Positions 13,241-25,515 of a DNA stretch of 56,464 bases are shown piece after piece. The notes beneath the pieces are model-generated. The model did not search any database, had not been told where the DNA came from, and was given only the letters and a program-made list of their open reading frames with translations. This stretch comes from Polymyxa betae A26-41 (lineage: Eukaryota > Protista > Endomyxa: Phytomyxea). The translations under genes and the position numbers were made by a program. The DNA lies in contig RBZT01000281.1 in the NCBI GenBank assembly GCA_003693705.1, forward strand, positions 1 to 56,464. Direction: 5' to 3'. Within the stretch, counting starts at the first letter, position 1; each line of letters starts with the position of its first letter.

Positions 13241-13599
13241 TTCAGAGTCGAGCTGGGATTCGATTATTGTGCTTTCTAATCTCTCTCTTTCTCATCGCTG
13301 CTGCGATTCTCTCATTTTCCTCCACCGCATCCGCGCCAGTGCACATTAAAACCCTAACTCAAACGCCCTTCTGGCCGTCCCCGGTGAAATCGAATCGTCA
13401 CCCTGAACACGGTCACAACGTCAGTTGAACAGCATCATGTTACAAACTTGCAGGGTTCGATAGATGTAATCGACGGCGTCGCATCCAATAGGTCCACTGC
13501 AAGAAACACCTGTGGTTGATAATGTTCATCGCTCTCTATATAATTCGAATCCAAACCATGATCCTGCGCAAATCAACTGAGCTGAATGAAGTAAGAGAT

Positions 13600-14358
13600 C
13601 AAAGTTGAAAATACCTTCTCGTAATCAATGATGAGGTTATGCAGGATTACACAAGCTTTGATTACAGTGGTCATAGTAATTCCGATCCCACAGCTCACGC
13701 GGTTTCGTCAGAGCGTGGAATCTTCTTTGCAGAATGCCGAATGCTCGTTCGAAATCTTTACGAACACCTTCTTGCTTCCTAGCAAACAATCTCGTTTTCT
13801 TGCTAGAGGAGTTACGAACGGTTTTCACGATACAAGCATGTTCAGGATATATTCCATCTCCAAGCCAGTAGGCGAAGTTGATCTCTCACCATTTACTTCA
13901 AACTTGACAGATGGAGACTGGTCATTGATAATATCATGGTAAAGATGCGACCTAACGATACTTTGGTGATTGAGACGTAAACCGAGAATCAACTTACCTA
14001 TCCAGCACGTTAATATCATTGAGACATCCGGGAGTTTCGAAGAAGTGCCAAAATCGGCAGTTTTTGTCAGCTATGGCTTCCAGAATGATGATCGGTCCGT
14101 CTTCTTTGCCTGATGTAAACTGTCCCTGCCATGCCGTCGGGCAATTTCTCCATCGCCAATGCATGCAATTTAAACTTCCCAAGCAGCCACCCTAGGCCTC
14201 GAGACAATTTTTTTCTCCAGAATGCGGTTAATATCGCTTGTAATTGGCGACCGTAATGCCACGCTGCCATAGATGCGGTCAATGGATTGACAAAATCTTT
14301 TGAGGCACTCCAAAGCGGTAGATTTAGCCATCATGTAAATGAACCGTGCTTCGGCCAT
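13600..14358 (-). mobile_element. PIF/Harbinger DDE transposase pseudogene
   Basis: GSLNCMHWRWRNCPTAWQGQF, IILEAIAD, PGCLNDINVLDR and FARKQEGVRKDFERAFGILQRRF are Harbinger (plant-transposon-protein type) motifs, spread over several frames. Confidence 0.9.
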
Positions 14359-14499
14359 CCTGCTTCAGTTGATGAGAATTCGTTCAGGTGGATGCAGCAC
14401 TTGAAGTTGGACACCAAATACGTTGCGTTGAACGGTTTCCACAAAGGCAAACAAACCTTTGCCTGTTTCCGTTCTGCTGAATCCATCAGTAACCCGAGC

Positions 14500-16300
14500 A
14501 AGGTTACTGTTCTACAAGGAAAAGAGTACAAGCAGCTCCTTCCGAAGACATCCTGCAAACTCAAAACTTCCTGCATTTCAAGAATCCACGTTTCACAAAT
14601 CAAACGCTGTTCACGTCTGAAGGTTAATTTCATTTCTACTCATTCTGGCACGACACGAGAACGCATTAAAAGACAGGTCCGTAGCGTTCCGGTGAGTGAC
14701 CCAAAAGAATTAAAGTTTGAGCGATTACCAAGCTCACTCAAGAACCAGATCATGACACAGCTGCTGCAATCAATTCCGCCCAATAAGATTGTGTGGAACA
14801 TAACGCAAGCGCTTCAGAACCCTGAATTAAGGCAAGCAGGGCTTGTTCAGGAATTTCTTGATCGTTTGTACGATAGTATTTCTGTTTACATTCCTCAATA
14901 TAGGATGACCTCCGATGTCAATTGGTCACAATCAGGGATGTTTATATCTGCAAGGCGATAATCGACCGAATGGCAGGAGGTAAATGCATGCAGCGATGTT
15001 GTAATGGCTGATCGGCTTATTTTGCAGCTACAGCACCAGAAATACCCGGTGCTGTATTATAAAAAGGTCAGGGTGATGGCTCCAAATTGTTTGAACTGTT
15101 CAGATGACCTTTTCACTTTAGCACCAGGACTGGACGACGCAACTCAAAAAGGATTCGACAAATCGGATTTGTTTCTGATTTTTCAAACACAATTCATGGC
15201 GGAGCGAATGCTGCTGTAAGTTTATCATGTAAAAGTCTTTGTTTGCTAACTGAATTCGCTCATAGGTTCGGCAAGAATAATTTACCATTGATTCAACTCA
15301 TGACACTGCACCTGCAGGACTGAAGCTGATAACAATTGTTGCCGTCGATCCACAATCTAATGAAGGTTATTCATGCTGTTTCTGCTTCTGTTCGAAGGAG
15401 AACGGCAATGCTTTACAAAAATTGTTCAAATCGTTAAACGTGAGTTATCTAGAGAAATTAATATATTAGTTCTAAAGCATCGTCAATTAGGAACGTCAAC
15501 CTTCTTGGTGTCCTACCACTATGGTCTCCGAAGGTGACAACACGGCGTGGTCTGAATCAAGTCAAGTGCTGATTTCCCTGAAAAACCACTATTCTTGCTC
15601 TTGGCATATTGACAAGAACTGGAAAAAAAATGTAAAACTTCCTGCCTGTATTTACGCCACTGATCACTGATCCCTTTTGTAGGTTAACCAAAAAGTTTCC
15701 AAGGAGAACAGACTGGCTGTGTATCAAGATCTGACGTATCTTCGAACGGAGAGTGATCGCACAGCTTTTCAAAAAAGTTTTGAAGGGTTCGCTTTCAAAT
15801 GGCTCAAACTAGGTGACGCAGATTTGGTGAGGTATTTTGTTGATCATTACGCAAACCGTCCAACCACTTGGGCGGTTGCTTCAGGAATCGCGACGTTCCG
15901 GATACGGCTGCTCACGTTGAGGCCTGGCATCACGTTCTCAAGTACAGCATTCTTGAGAAGAAGAGCCGATCAAAACTCCACTCATCCATCCAGGCGTTGA
16001 TAAGTGCCGAGACACAATACTATATCAAATTTTCTAGGTAAGTTCATTTATCAATCCTTGAAATCCGTTAAAGGATTAAGCGTCGCCAGGAAAATGCACG
16101 GCATCGATTCGCGCGGCTGTCCTGCTCGTTTGAGAGACAGTATCAAGACAATGCGATTGATGTCTAAAGATCAAGCTCATGTGATCGAACCTGAACCAAA
16201 TTTGAGCGAAGAAGTCGCCCGATCTTTTTTCGTTCGAAGCAGTTCACAAAACCGCATCTACTATGTTTCTGCTGTAAGTGAGTTGGTCAGTAATTAATAT
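14500..16300 (+). mobile_element. Mutator-like (MULE) transposase pseudogene
   Basis: PVLYYKK, FLIFQTQFM, IDSTHDT..LITIVAVD..EG, CSWHIDKNWKK and FVRSSSQNRIYYVS (pre-SWIM). Interrupted by stops and frameshifts. Confidence 0.75.
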
Positions 16301-16569
16301 TTTCTGTAGATGTAGTTTGTGCTTAGATTTTTACTATCGCTTTCTGGTTATTCCTTTTTCTATTATCTCATGTTTTTTCTAGAATTGCCGGGATTAGAGT
16401 CCCTTCTTCGTAGTCGGTTTTGCTGCCCAAGTTTCGTTAGCCCTATCTGTGCGCGCGAGATATATATGATGATGCTGAGTTATTACCATCCCTTCATACT
16501 GAACAGCATTATTGTGTCCAAGGATATTCGGTTAATGGCTCATTTTATGAAGGGAGCAATCTAACGATT

Positions 16570-17177
16570 TATTTTCAAGACGTCGACAATTCAAAACACA
16601 TTCTCATTTGTCTGACTGCCGGCGAAACTCAGCGAATCATGTCTTTTCAATATGTGAAACCATCGCATCAATACATCATCAATTTCGAATTTTGGCAGGA
16701 TACTGCCAAACAGAAGGCATTCATGCTGATGCCTGCTTTACCATCAACGCTTGAACCAATACCCTTTCTGATACGTGATCGTGTTCAAGTGTTTTGGACA
16801 CACATGAATCTGCCTTGAGTTATGGTATTCATCATTTGGGTTTTGCTCACGGAGATGTTTAACCTCCCAACATTTGCATATCCTACAATGCAGACTTTAC
16901 ACTAATCGATCTTGGAAATATCACAAGATTCGGCCAGCGAATCAAGACGACACCCGCGTACCTTCCATCCGATATGGATCATGATACCATTAGAGCTTCT
17001 GCTGAACTCGATTGGTGGATGCTATGTTTGACTCTAGCTGAGAAATGCTGTGGCAAAGAATATGGATTGGAAATAGGCATTCGTAAGACTCCATGACGTC
17101 AACAGGTTCTGGAGCATTTAATGGCACACCTGCCTTCCAATATTCTGCGTAACTTAAAAGCAAAGTTGGATTTATAA
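16570..17177 (+). pseudogene. Protein kinase-domain pseudogene (Crinkler/effector-type kinase-like)
   Basis: FMLMPALPSTLE...IHHLGFAHGDV*PPNICI...FTLIDLG...TTPAYLP...LDWWMLCLTLAE. The catalytic-loop Lys codon position is TAA (16860-16862). Confidence 0.75.
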
Positions 17178-17570
17178 CCAACTTTGTCATTATTATCAAG
17201 TCAAGGCCCATCATTTAACATTAGTTACAATAAACCCCCTATTATTAATTTTCAATAAATCCCCAATTTATTCGTCCCCAAATAAATATTTTTTTTTTAA
17301 ATCATCACAATACCGTCGCGGACATCTTGACTGTCATAGATTACTAAGGGAGTATAGTAACATGATTCAATAAGGCTTGCCCGGGCAACCCTTCTGTCAA
17401 TATCAAAGGCCGTTTTCGAATAGATCTCGTCGAAAGGAACAAAGCAACGGCCCCGGTTTTTTAAATTTCCAAATACTCGCGCAGTTTTAATGGTTTGTAG
17501 TTGTAAGGGGACCGTCGGAATGCACCAATAGGCGCATATCTAGGTTTCTCACTAGCAAAATAAAGTGCGT

Positions 17571-18674
17571 CAGTGTAGGGAAAAAGTGCGCTGTCAGAAA
17601 AGTCCGGAGAGAGCGCATTTCTTTTTTAACTTGATTTTGATCATCCTGGCGCGGTGCGGCAGACTTCTATCGTTCGCCATGCCTTGAAAGCGAAAGCTTT
17701 TCGCTCACCTGACTCGAATGAATGCGGAAAGAGCTAAGAGGGCTTCTTTGCGCTCTGAGGGCGGCCCCGCCGCTGCTATTGAAATTGCAGAGAGCCAGCG
17801 TCCAGATTCTGAAGATTCGGATAACGACGAACTTCCATATTGGCCAGCCGAAGATGATACTGAGCCTATTTGCCTTTCTGATGGGGAGATCGAGTCGCTG
17901 AAGCTAAAATGGGTTCCAGAAGCGCGGTCAATTAACAGAAGGCCCCATATTGGAACTAGCCGATGGACGCTCTGGTGGCTTCAAGGTTAAATCTAAAGGA
18001 TGGAGGGGCAAACATAAAGGTAGTAATGAGAGATGGTTGGTTTATCAGCGAAACTGGTCAGCGGATCGTCCACTCGAACAGCAATGCGAAGGGTGAGCAG
18101 AAGGGTTTACGGACAATTTTAAAAGAGAGAAATCTCTGGAGAGAAGGAATGAAGCGGCAAGCTTTGAATCTTCTCAAGAGCCAGCCTGATTTCCTCGCGC
18201 AAAAGGAATGGCTGACCGAAACTGTGACGGCTTATAGTGGTTTCGCTATTGATTTCTTTCCAAAATTTCATTGCGAATTTAATTTTATTGAAATGTTTTG
18301 GGGAGCTGTTAAACATTACACGCGTTTGCATTGCAATTATTCTTTTAACGGTTTGGTCAATATATTAATTACCCTTGGCTTTATCTTCTGTTTCCATTAT
18401 CCAGATTCGCCGATTCGCTCGAAAATGCTTTAGGTTGGTACTATTTGGCGTTATGGTTTTGTTTGCTTAACTTTGCATAACTGTAGATATATGGATGCAT
18501 ATCGGGAGAAAAACGGAGAAGTTTTATCAGTTAAAGATGTGGAGCGTGCTGTTCGCAAGTTTAAAAGTCACCGAACGATCCTGAGTCGCGCCGTTTAAGT
18601 TGCATTCCTGGTGCCTTCTGGATTACAATTTGTTTGCTGTTGTCTGTGCTGGTCCGCATTTCTTCTACAAAGTA
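17571..18674 (+). mobile_element. IS630/Tc1/mariner-superfamily transposon remnant (PKFHCE-type DDE transposase, internally deleted)
   Basis: [54 protein letters not shown]. Weak candidate TIRs (CAGTGTAGGGAAAAAGTGCG / CTTTGTAGAAGAAATGCG). Confidence 0.8.
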
Positions 18675-18932
18675 GATTCTCGAGACTGACCTTGCAGGCT
18701 CAATAGCCAATGGACAATATCGAAGGGGTTGGAACTCTCAGAACAATCGCCTTTGTTTTGTTCCGCGTAATCAGACGCTGTTTAGCCAAATTTCTATCAA
18801 ACAGCTTTCCAGAATGTATTGCATTTTCGAGACAATCGACGCTGCTAACAAAGTCAAGAGTCATATAGAGAAGCTTGATAGCACAAGTTGATTGAAAATA
18901 GATTCGCGGATTCATCTCGTTAAACAAATCTT

Positions 18933-20079
18933 TCAAACAAAGACATAGTTTTGCATGACCGCGATGAAAATCAATCGTAGGACGGCGACCTCCGGGATGC
19001 TGGAACCTAGAAGTATGGACAGCCGGTGTTGGCATCCGTCCTTGCTGCTCGTGGCGAACGTCGCCGATCGGCCTGATAACAGCACCTTGCTGACCTGCTC
19101 ACAGACGATCGAATCTGAGCGCGACATTGCCTGCATCACCGTCTCCATCGCCGAATCGACGTTGGCCTCCGCCTCCAATCTCTCGGCGAACGCATCGACG
19201 ACGTCTTTGACGGACTCCCCTTTTCGTAGGAACAGCAGCCGATCCAGGGCATACAGGCCCAGCTGCGACGTGCCCTTGATTTTATGCTTGCATTTCTCTA
19301 GACGATCCAACGCCGAGGCCAGGGCGTCCTGCGTCGGCGATTCGGCGTCGTGATTTTGTAGTCGTTGAAATAGCGGCGTCCAGATCGAGAAGATGTCGTG
19401 CCTGGCGACGAATTCGCCCAAATCTAGCGACGCCTTTTGGACGGCGGATCGGAGCGGGACCACGACCGAATTCGTCACATTGATGATGTGACGAATAGCT
19501 TCTTGGGAACATCAGGTAGAGTAGAAATCCAATCATCGTTTTGAAACCAGGCTGGACATAATGCTGGTCTTCATAGACTGAGCGAACCGAATCTCGGAAC
19601 CGGAACATGATCGCATCGAACGCCCACAGAAGCTTCTCGCCGAGCCCGATCAGCTGGTCTCTGTCAATCTCGGGATGGTCGTTGATCAAATCAACGACCC
19701 AGAGACGGACCGACATGGAGATGAAGGGCCGGCACCGCTTCAGCTTCGACACGACGGCACATTGCCGATGTTCTTTGATATCATGGATAGCGCTCAGAAG
19801 CAAACCGGGCACGAACGTCGATTCACAGCCTCGGGGTTCGGTATAAGCAGCGGTGACAGCGATCCGCCTCGTCTGATGAAATGGAGATAGGATCTGAAAC
19901 GAATCGAGATGCGGCCTTACAGCGATCCGCCTCGTCTTAAGAAATGGAGATCGAATATGAGACGAATCGAGATGTGGCCTTACTGTCCAGGGCGGAGTCG
20001 CCGTGATGCTCAATGGTGATATTGCCAGCTGGGCTGCACTGGCGTTCAGAAAGAAAGCGGCGAGCAGAAGCGTTAGCAT
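18933..20079 (-). CDS. Candidate secreted protein/effector, two exons (intron 19502-19547)
   Basis: Signal peptide MLTLLLAAFFLNASA. A 46-nt GT-AG intron joins ORF 19282-20079 in frame to ORF 18933-19478. No family recognised. Confidence 0.7.
19856..19983. repeat. 63-bp tandem repeat x2 within the secreted protein gene
   Basis: Encodes VRPHLDSSHIRSPFLKTRRIA / VRPHLDSFQILSPFHQTRRIA. Confidence 0.9.
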
Positions 20080-20558
20080 TGATTGGAAAGGATTGAACGT
20101 TGCAGTCGTGTGAAGGACTCAAGGACGACGCCTTCGCTGCGGGATGAGAACGACGAGTCACCCAAAGAGCGGCGCTTTTGACAGTGACCATCAGGGAGAC
20201 CTGTGGACTTGGCGTGAAACCCGCCAAATATCCGGAAGAGCCAAGGATGGGCATCTGGTCAGCTTTACCAACAGAAATAGAAGTTCACTAGTTGGATGAG
20301 AAGGGCCGGACCTGTTATAGGCGCAAGATCGGTAATAAGCCAGTGATTAAGGTCAAAACTCTTCCCAAATCATGAAATCATTCTCTATAGACGGTCTATG
20401 AAAATGAGATAAACGAGTCTAAATTGCACCAGTGAAGTTAAATGGATAGAAGAGGCAAACAAAGCGAAGGTGAGATTCTGATGATCTGAGGTGAGCATGA
20501 TGCGGTGACGAACTGCGTGCTGGTCCGCCAGAAGGTCGACGATCTGGCCGACCTCTCC

Positions 20559-21625
20559 ATGTCCAGTCATCGCTCTCCGAATGTCGAGATCACCGAGATC
20601 GCACACGACACCATGTCGTTCACGTTGTCGGGCGTTGATACGTCGGTGGCCAATGCCCTGCGCCGGGTCATGATCGCCGAGGTCCCGACCCTCGCCATCG
20701 ACCTGGTCGAGATTCGTGTGAATACTTCCATCTGCCATGACGAATTCATCGCTCACCGGTTAGGGCTGATTCCCTTAATCTCTGTCAACGCCGATACATA
20801 CAATTACGCCAAGGTCGTTGGGCGTCCTTGCTGCTTCTCTGAAACTGAGATTGCATAGGATTGTAAATGTGATGGGAACTGTGTCGATTGCTCGATCACA
20901 TTTGAGTTGTCAGTACGTAACAATACTTTGGAAGATATCAGTATCACATCACATGATCTGATTCCGGTTGGAGAAACCGATATCAAACCCGTCGACAATC
21001 GGGATAGTCCAGAGAAGGTCGACTGGCGTTCTGCATTTGTCGCTTGGCTGACGATTTTTTTCAGATTCTTATCGTGAAATTGGGTCCGAATGAGGAATTG
21101 TCGCTGTCGGCGATCGCCAGGAAAGGGACCGCCAAAGAGCACACCAAATGGTCTCCGGTTGCAGTCGCCACATACCAATTCGATCCCCTAATACAGGTTA
21201 ATTCGTCCAGAATGGATCTGTTGACGGAATCGCAGAAGAAGGCGTTTGTTTCCAGCTGTCCAACTCGTGTTTATCACTACGAAGAGCAGGTGAACGTTTC
21301 AATTGATTGCATTCGTTAAGTTACTGATTCACTTTCAGCATCGGGTTGTAGTTGTTGAAGAATCTGTATCCTGCATGTTCTGTGAGCAATGCTTACGAGC
21401 TGCTGAATCATTCAATGTTAAAGATCTTGTGAAAGTCTCCGTCAAACCAGGTAATTGTCGTGGCATCCTGCGCTTTGTCAATGGCATTAACTTTTGATAG
21501 GGAGATTCCTATTCAAAGTGGAATCAACGGGAGTCATGCCGCCGGAACAGATTGTGTTTGATGCTTTGAAAATCTTATCGGATAAATTAGACACAGTGGA
21601 TCACGAAATCCATGAAGCAGCATAA
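20559..21625 (+). CDS. RPB3: RNA polymerase II subunit RPB3
   Basis: FTLSGVDTSVANALRRVMIAEVPTLAID, DEFIAHRLGLIPL, Zn-binding cysteines, ARKGTAKEHTKWSP and FLFKVESTG. Confidence 0.96.
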
Positions 21626-21759
21626 ATCAAATCCCTGTATGTCATCGCAATCTTTCTAATTTTAATGTATGTTAAATTGGATGCGGTGGATATCAAGATA
21701 TATGCATGAAGCAACATATTCTGAGTTCTTAAATGTTCTAGTTTTAAGTGTATGGTATT

Positions 21760-23781
21760 TCATAAAACAAACAGCGGCGTTTCATGTGGAAGAAAAGCTC
21801 TTCTTGAGTAGAACGTGGCTATAGCATTGCGTTCAGTCTGGTTAATAACAACCGATAAGCGATACTCACTATCTAGCGGGTAGTGCATTAAATTGCTAAC
21901 TCTGCTGGTGTAGATATCTGCATATCTCGCGATGTTGTAGAAGTAATGTGTTTTTGCATTATATGTGCTACAGATCGGTTAGTGTCTTTCGATCCAAATC
22001 TGGATATGTTTTTTTGTACCGGAAAATGCTGCCAAAATTCACATTGATGCAGCGTTTTAAACGAAGACGAAGTTCGTTCCGCTCTTTCTTCAGTTCAGCG
22101 AAAGCTTTTTTCACTTCGTTATCAGTTGATATTGTCTGTCCATCTGCGATCAAGCGCTCAATCTGAATCAGACGGGCAAGATTATTTCGATAAGATTCTT
22201 GACTCGTAATTTGGATCTCGCGTTCTGCATATGCTTCAGTCGCATTCGTCCGGCATTGGATAACCTACCCAATTCTTTGATCACAGCAGCCGTTTTCCAC
22301 GCCCCAAGCCTTTATGATATCAGAAAGAAGTTGACAAATTGACGTCAGGTTCCACCTTTGTGGTTCAAACAGGTCAGAATTAATATGATCACCGAAATAC
22401 AGCACTGTATCGCCTGCCCACTTCGTAATCCGGTTGAATTCAGCAAGGGAGCCTTGCTAATCAATGTCAGTAATGCCTCATCAAGCATCTTCTGCTTTCA
22501 ATACCGTATATATCTCTGATCGCTCAAACTTATCAACGCGCGATAACGCTTGCTTTCCTGATTCATCGACTCGACGAAACTTCGACTGTCTCACATACCA
22601 AGCCGGTTTGCCTGCAGAAGCTATAACAACATCGAACATGGACCTCCAGTCGTCGCCATAAATGAAAGACATTCCCGTATTGATGAAGTGATATGGGGAA
22701 TTGGAAAGCAGAAAGATCTGTGTACGGGTTGAAGAGGTGTGAGAGAGGATGGATAGTGTTAACCTTCTTTCCAGCATCTGCCAATGTCTGGATATATTGC
22801 TTCGTAGCTATGCTTTTTGACAGGAATCTCTCTGGATGATCCATGATATGCTGATGGATGATTCCGTTCGCATGTAATTTCTCAAGCGACTGTCTAACGT
22901 CCTGATAGATATACAACGGATGGAATTCGGCTTTGACATCTCGAAAGTGTTGCACAACATCAGCAAGCAAACCTGTTATGAGTTACATGATATACAACTG
23001 CTGTGAGCTCTTACACGCCTCAGGCAAGCTGAATATGTCGCTTAAAAGCCGCAAACCGCTGGATTCATCTGTCAACAAAATGAATCTTGGTGAAGGGATC
23101 AGGCATCTCTTACAATCTTGAGGCATTCTTCTTCCTTGGTAAACTTCAGAAACAGTTTCGGCAGGAACCTTGAAATTCGGTTAATTTTGTTGTCCTGGTG
23201 GAATGCAAGTAAATCAGTACCTTTTCGCGTCCCAAAAGTATTGTATCATTCTGAAATTCCCCGAATTGATCAAGCTTTAAAAGATAACCTAGAAAAGTCA
23301 GATAATCATGGAAAATGCAGCGATCAAATGGACCTGTTGTTCGGTCGAAATGGAGCCCTTTGATTACAAAATTGGGATCAAACTTCTTCTGTTTGAGTTC
23401 TTGTGGATATCCAAGCTCGTCGACCAGTACTTCGGCACCTAGGTCTACAGAAAAAGTTATTGCCATCCTGAGGATTCATCATGCCGATACCGTATATATG
23501 GCTTTCAAGTTGACTATTGTAGTTTGCTAATGTGTAATCGTAATCGAATCTAATCTAACTTAAGATAATGAATGTATAGTCTGATGTAAACTCCAATACC
23601 CATAAACGTTGATGTATTGCAGCCCGGTGTCATTATTAACGAAGACTCCGTGTTTGCTCTGGATCGGATACGAAAGCGCCTTAGCGGAATGCAATGATTG
23701 AACCTCCTGGTATCGTTTGAGAAAATCGGCAACCTTGGTTGAAAACGCCCGACGTATGGACTTCTGTATGGGTAGAGCCAT
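21760..23781 (-). CDS. 5'-nucleotidase domain-containing HAD phosphatase (NT5DC2/3-like), multi-exon
   Basis: VFVNN...YG|FDYDYTLANY, FVIKGLHFD, DWRSMFDVVIASAGKP, LYFGDHINSDL, NFGSIFR and RYADIYTS. Confidence 0.9.
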
Positions 23782-24068
23782 CTCTAAATGAGACGAGTAT
23801 GAACAGGATGCCTCGTTAACGATGCAGTCAGCTTACGTTACAAATGAAGAGTAAAAGAGGCCGCTTTCTCCAGGCTTCTGATTCTCTGGCTGTCATCTTC
23901 CCACATCGATATCGCATCCATTCACTCCTTCCAGATTATATGTGCAGAATCGAGCATTCCTCTATCGAGTTCGAATTACACGTTCAAGTAATTGAAATGA
24001 CAAAATTTTGCCTTATGATTGAATTTCTTTAGAAAATTAACTATGGAATTTATTTACATTAAAGGTTA

Positions 24069-25439
24069 TTACAATAAACGAACTTGTACAAGGGAGCAAT
24101 TATCTGTAGCAAGGACAATGTCGTTGACAGAATCGGGGCGCACGTCGACCGAATTCAGAGGCATTAGGAGCTCCAGCGAGGTATCATCGTCCGTTGACAG
24201 GTCGTCTTGAGAAAGCCTGGTGTCGGAAAGCACCAGACGACCGTCTTGACCGCAAGAAAACACCATCCCAGACTGAACAGGAAGGCTTGATAGCGACCTT
24301 GAGAGACGAGTTAATACACTGGCATTATGCCGGTAGCATAACAATGTACCAAATCGGGGAGGCAATCGCATGACGACCGGCCGCGCTGATGCATTCCAAA
24401 GTAGCTGGTTCGCCTCGACCATATCTGATATCCCAGACGGAGATGACGCCATCGATACCGCCGGCTACGATCGACGACAGTTCTGGGATAGACAACACCG
24501 ATGTGATTTCAGAGCCAGACAAAGACGAGCTGAGAATGGATCAATATTGGTCGCTTGATCTTACGATAAACAATCGAAACGACAACCAAATCAAACACAG
24601 ATTTCGGCACACAACAGAAATTGAATCAGAGCGGCTATAAAATCATTTACGTCAATGGAGCTGGGGATGAAGCCTGCTGACGAACATCCCAGAGAGAAAG
24701 TTGTTTGGACATCCCGCCTACTACCAAGGTGGATGGCGTCATAAACGACACATCCCGAAGAGAGCCAGCGCTGACCCTCTGATGGAAGAAGGACGCTCCA
24801 GTCTCAACTGCCATCACACTGAGGTGCCCATCTTCACCGACACTACCCAGGCCGCTATCAAACCGCCGATCCAGAATGCTGAGCGCCGAAACGGCATCTA
24901 ACAGACATCATCAATCACTTTTTGAAACTTGTATCACGAGCCAATAGCGAAAGTTTGAATGCTACAAAGCTAATCCCTGTAAAACTCGAAATAAATTTCT
25001 GAATTTGAAAAACGTACGTTTATGACGCTTAACAGTTCGAAGCGTAGTGAAGCTTTGCTGTTCTAAACGCCCAACAAGTAAAGACCCCGACCCAAGCCCA
25101 CTAACTGTAATTCCTTCCCGATTGCAAGCGATATCCATAACGCTACTGTCGACCTCGACAGAGCAGATAGGTTTGGGTGTCGTATCCACCATCTGATGCA
25201 GCTGCCAGACTTCGATACGATTTGTCTACAGATGAACCATCAGCGACATCGGGTTGGCAGAATACCGACATACATGTTGGGCGTAGGACCCAAAGATGAC
25301 CTGCCGGGATTGCAGCCATCGGGCGACCTTCAGCTTGCGCTGGGCTGGATGGGAAGCCCAGTCGGCCTTCAACGTCATGGCGACAGATTTGATGGCCAAG
25401 ACGACGGAGTTCCCGCACCAATTTCGAAGATTCAAGCAA
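24069..25439 (-). CDS. WD40-repeat protein (multi-exon; ends approximate)
   Basis: WD-like repeats: IVAGGIDGVISVWDIR, VFSCGQDGRLVLSDTR and VSGLGSGSLLV. Confidence 0.6.
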
Positions 25440-25515
25440 ACGAGCTATCTCATGAATATATTCCTCAGCAACAGCCCGAGACGATTAATTCAAATGTTTA
25501 TTTATCAAACGTGCC

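Larger units (their letters stand above)
10730..13358. repeat. Tandem duplication: unit A ~10730-11790; unit B ~11780-13358, which carries an extra ~500 bp (~11835-12330)
   Basis: Long near-identical blocks, e.g. 10945-11210 vs 12496-12770 and 11260-11560 vs 12820-13120. Unit junctions carry AAACCCTA motifs at ~10733, ~11783 and ~13349. Confidence 0.9.

Noticed and set aside
17345-17470. Possible Kolobok/Sola-type terminus (taagggagtatagtaac, gaatagatctcgtcga)
   Set aside because: No partner end or TSD could be verified.
20370-20500. U3/box C/D snoRNA-like words near the RPB3 promoter
   Set aside because: Only partial motif matches, with no supporting terminal stem or box arrangement.
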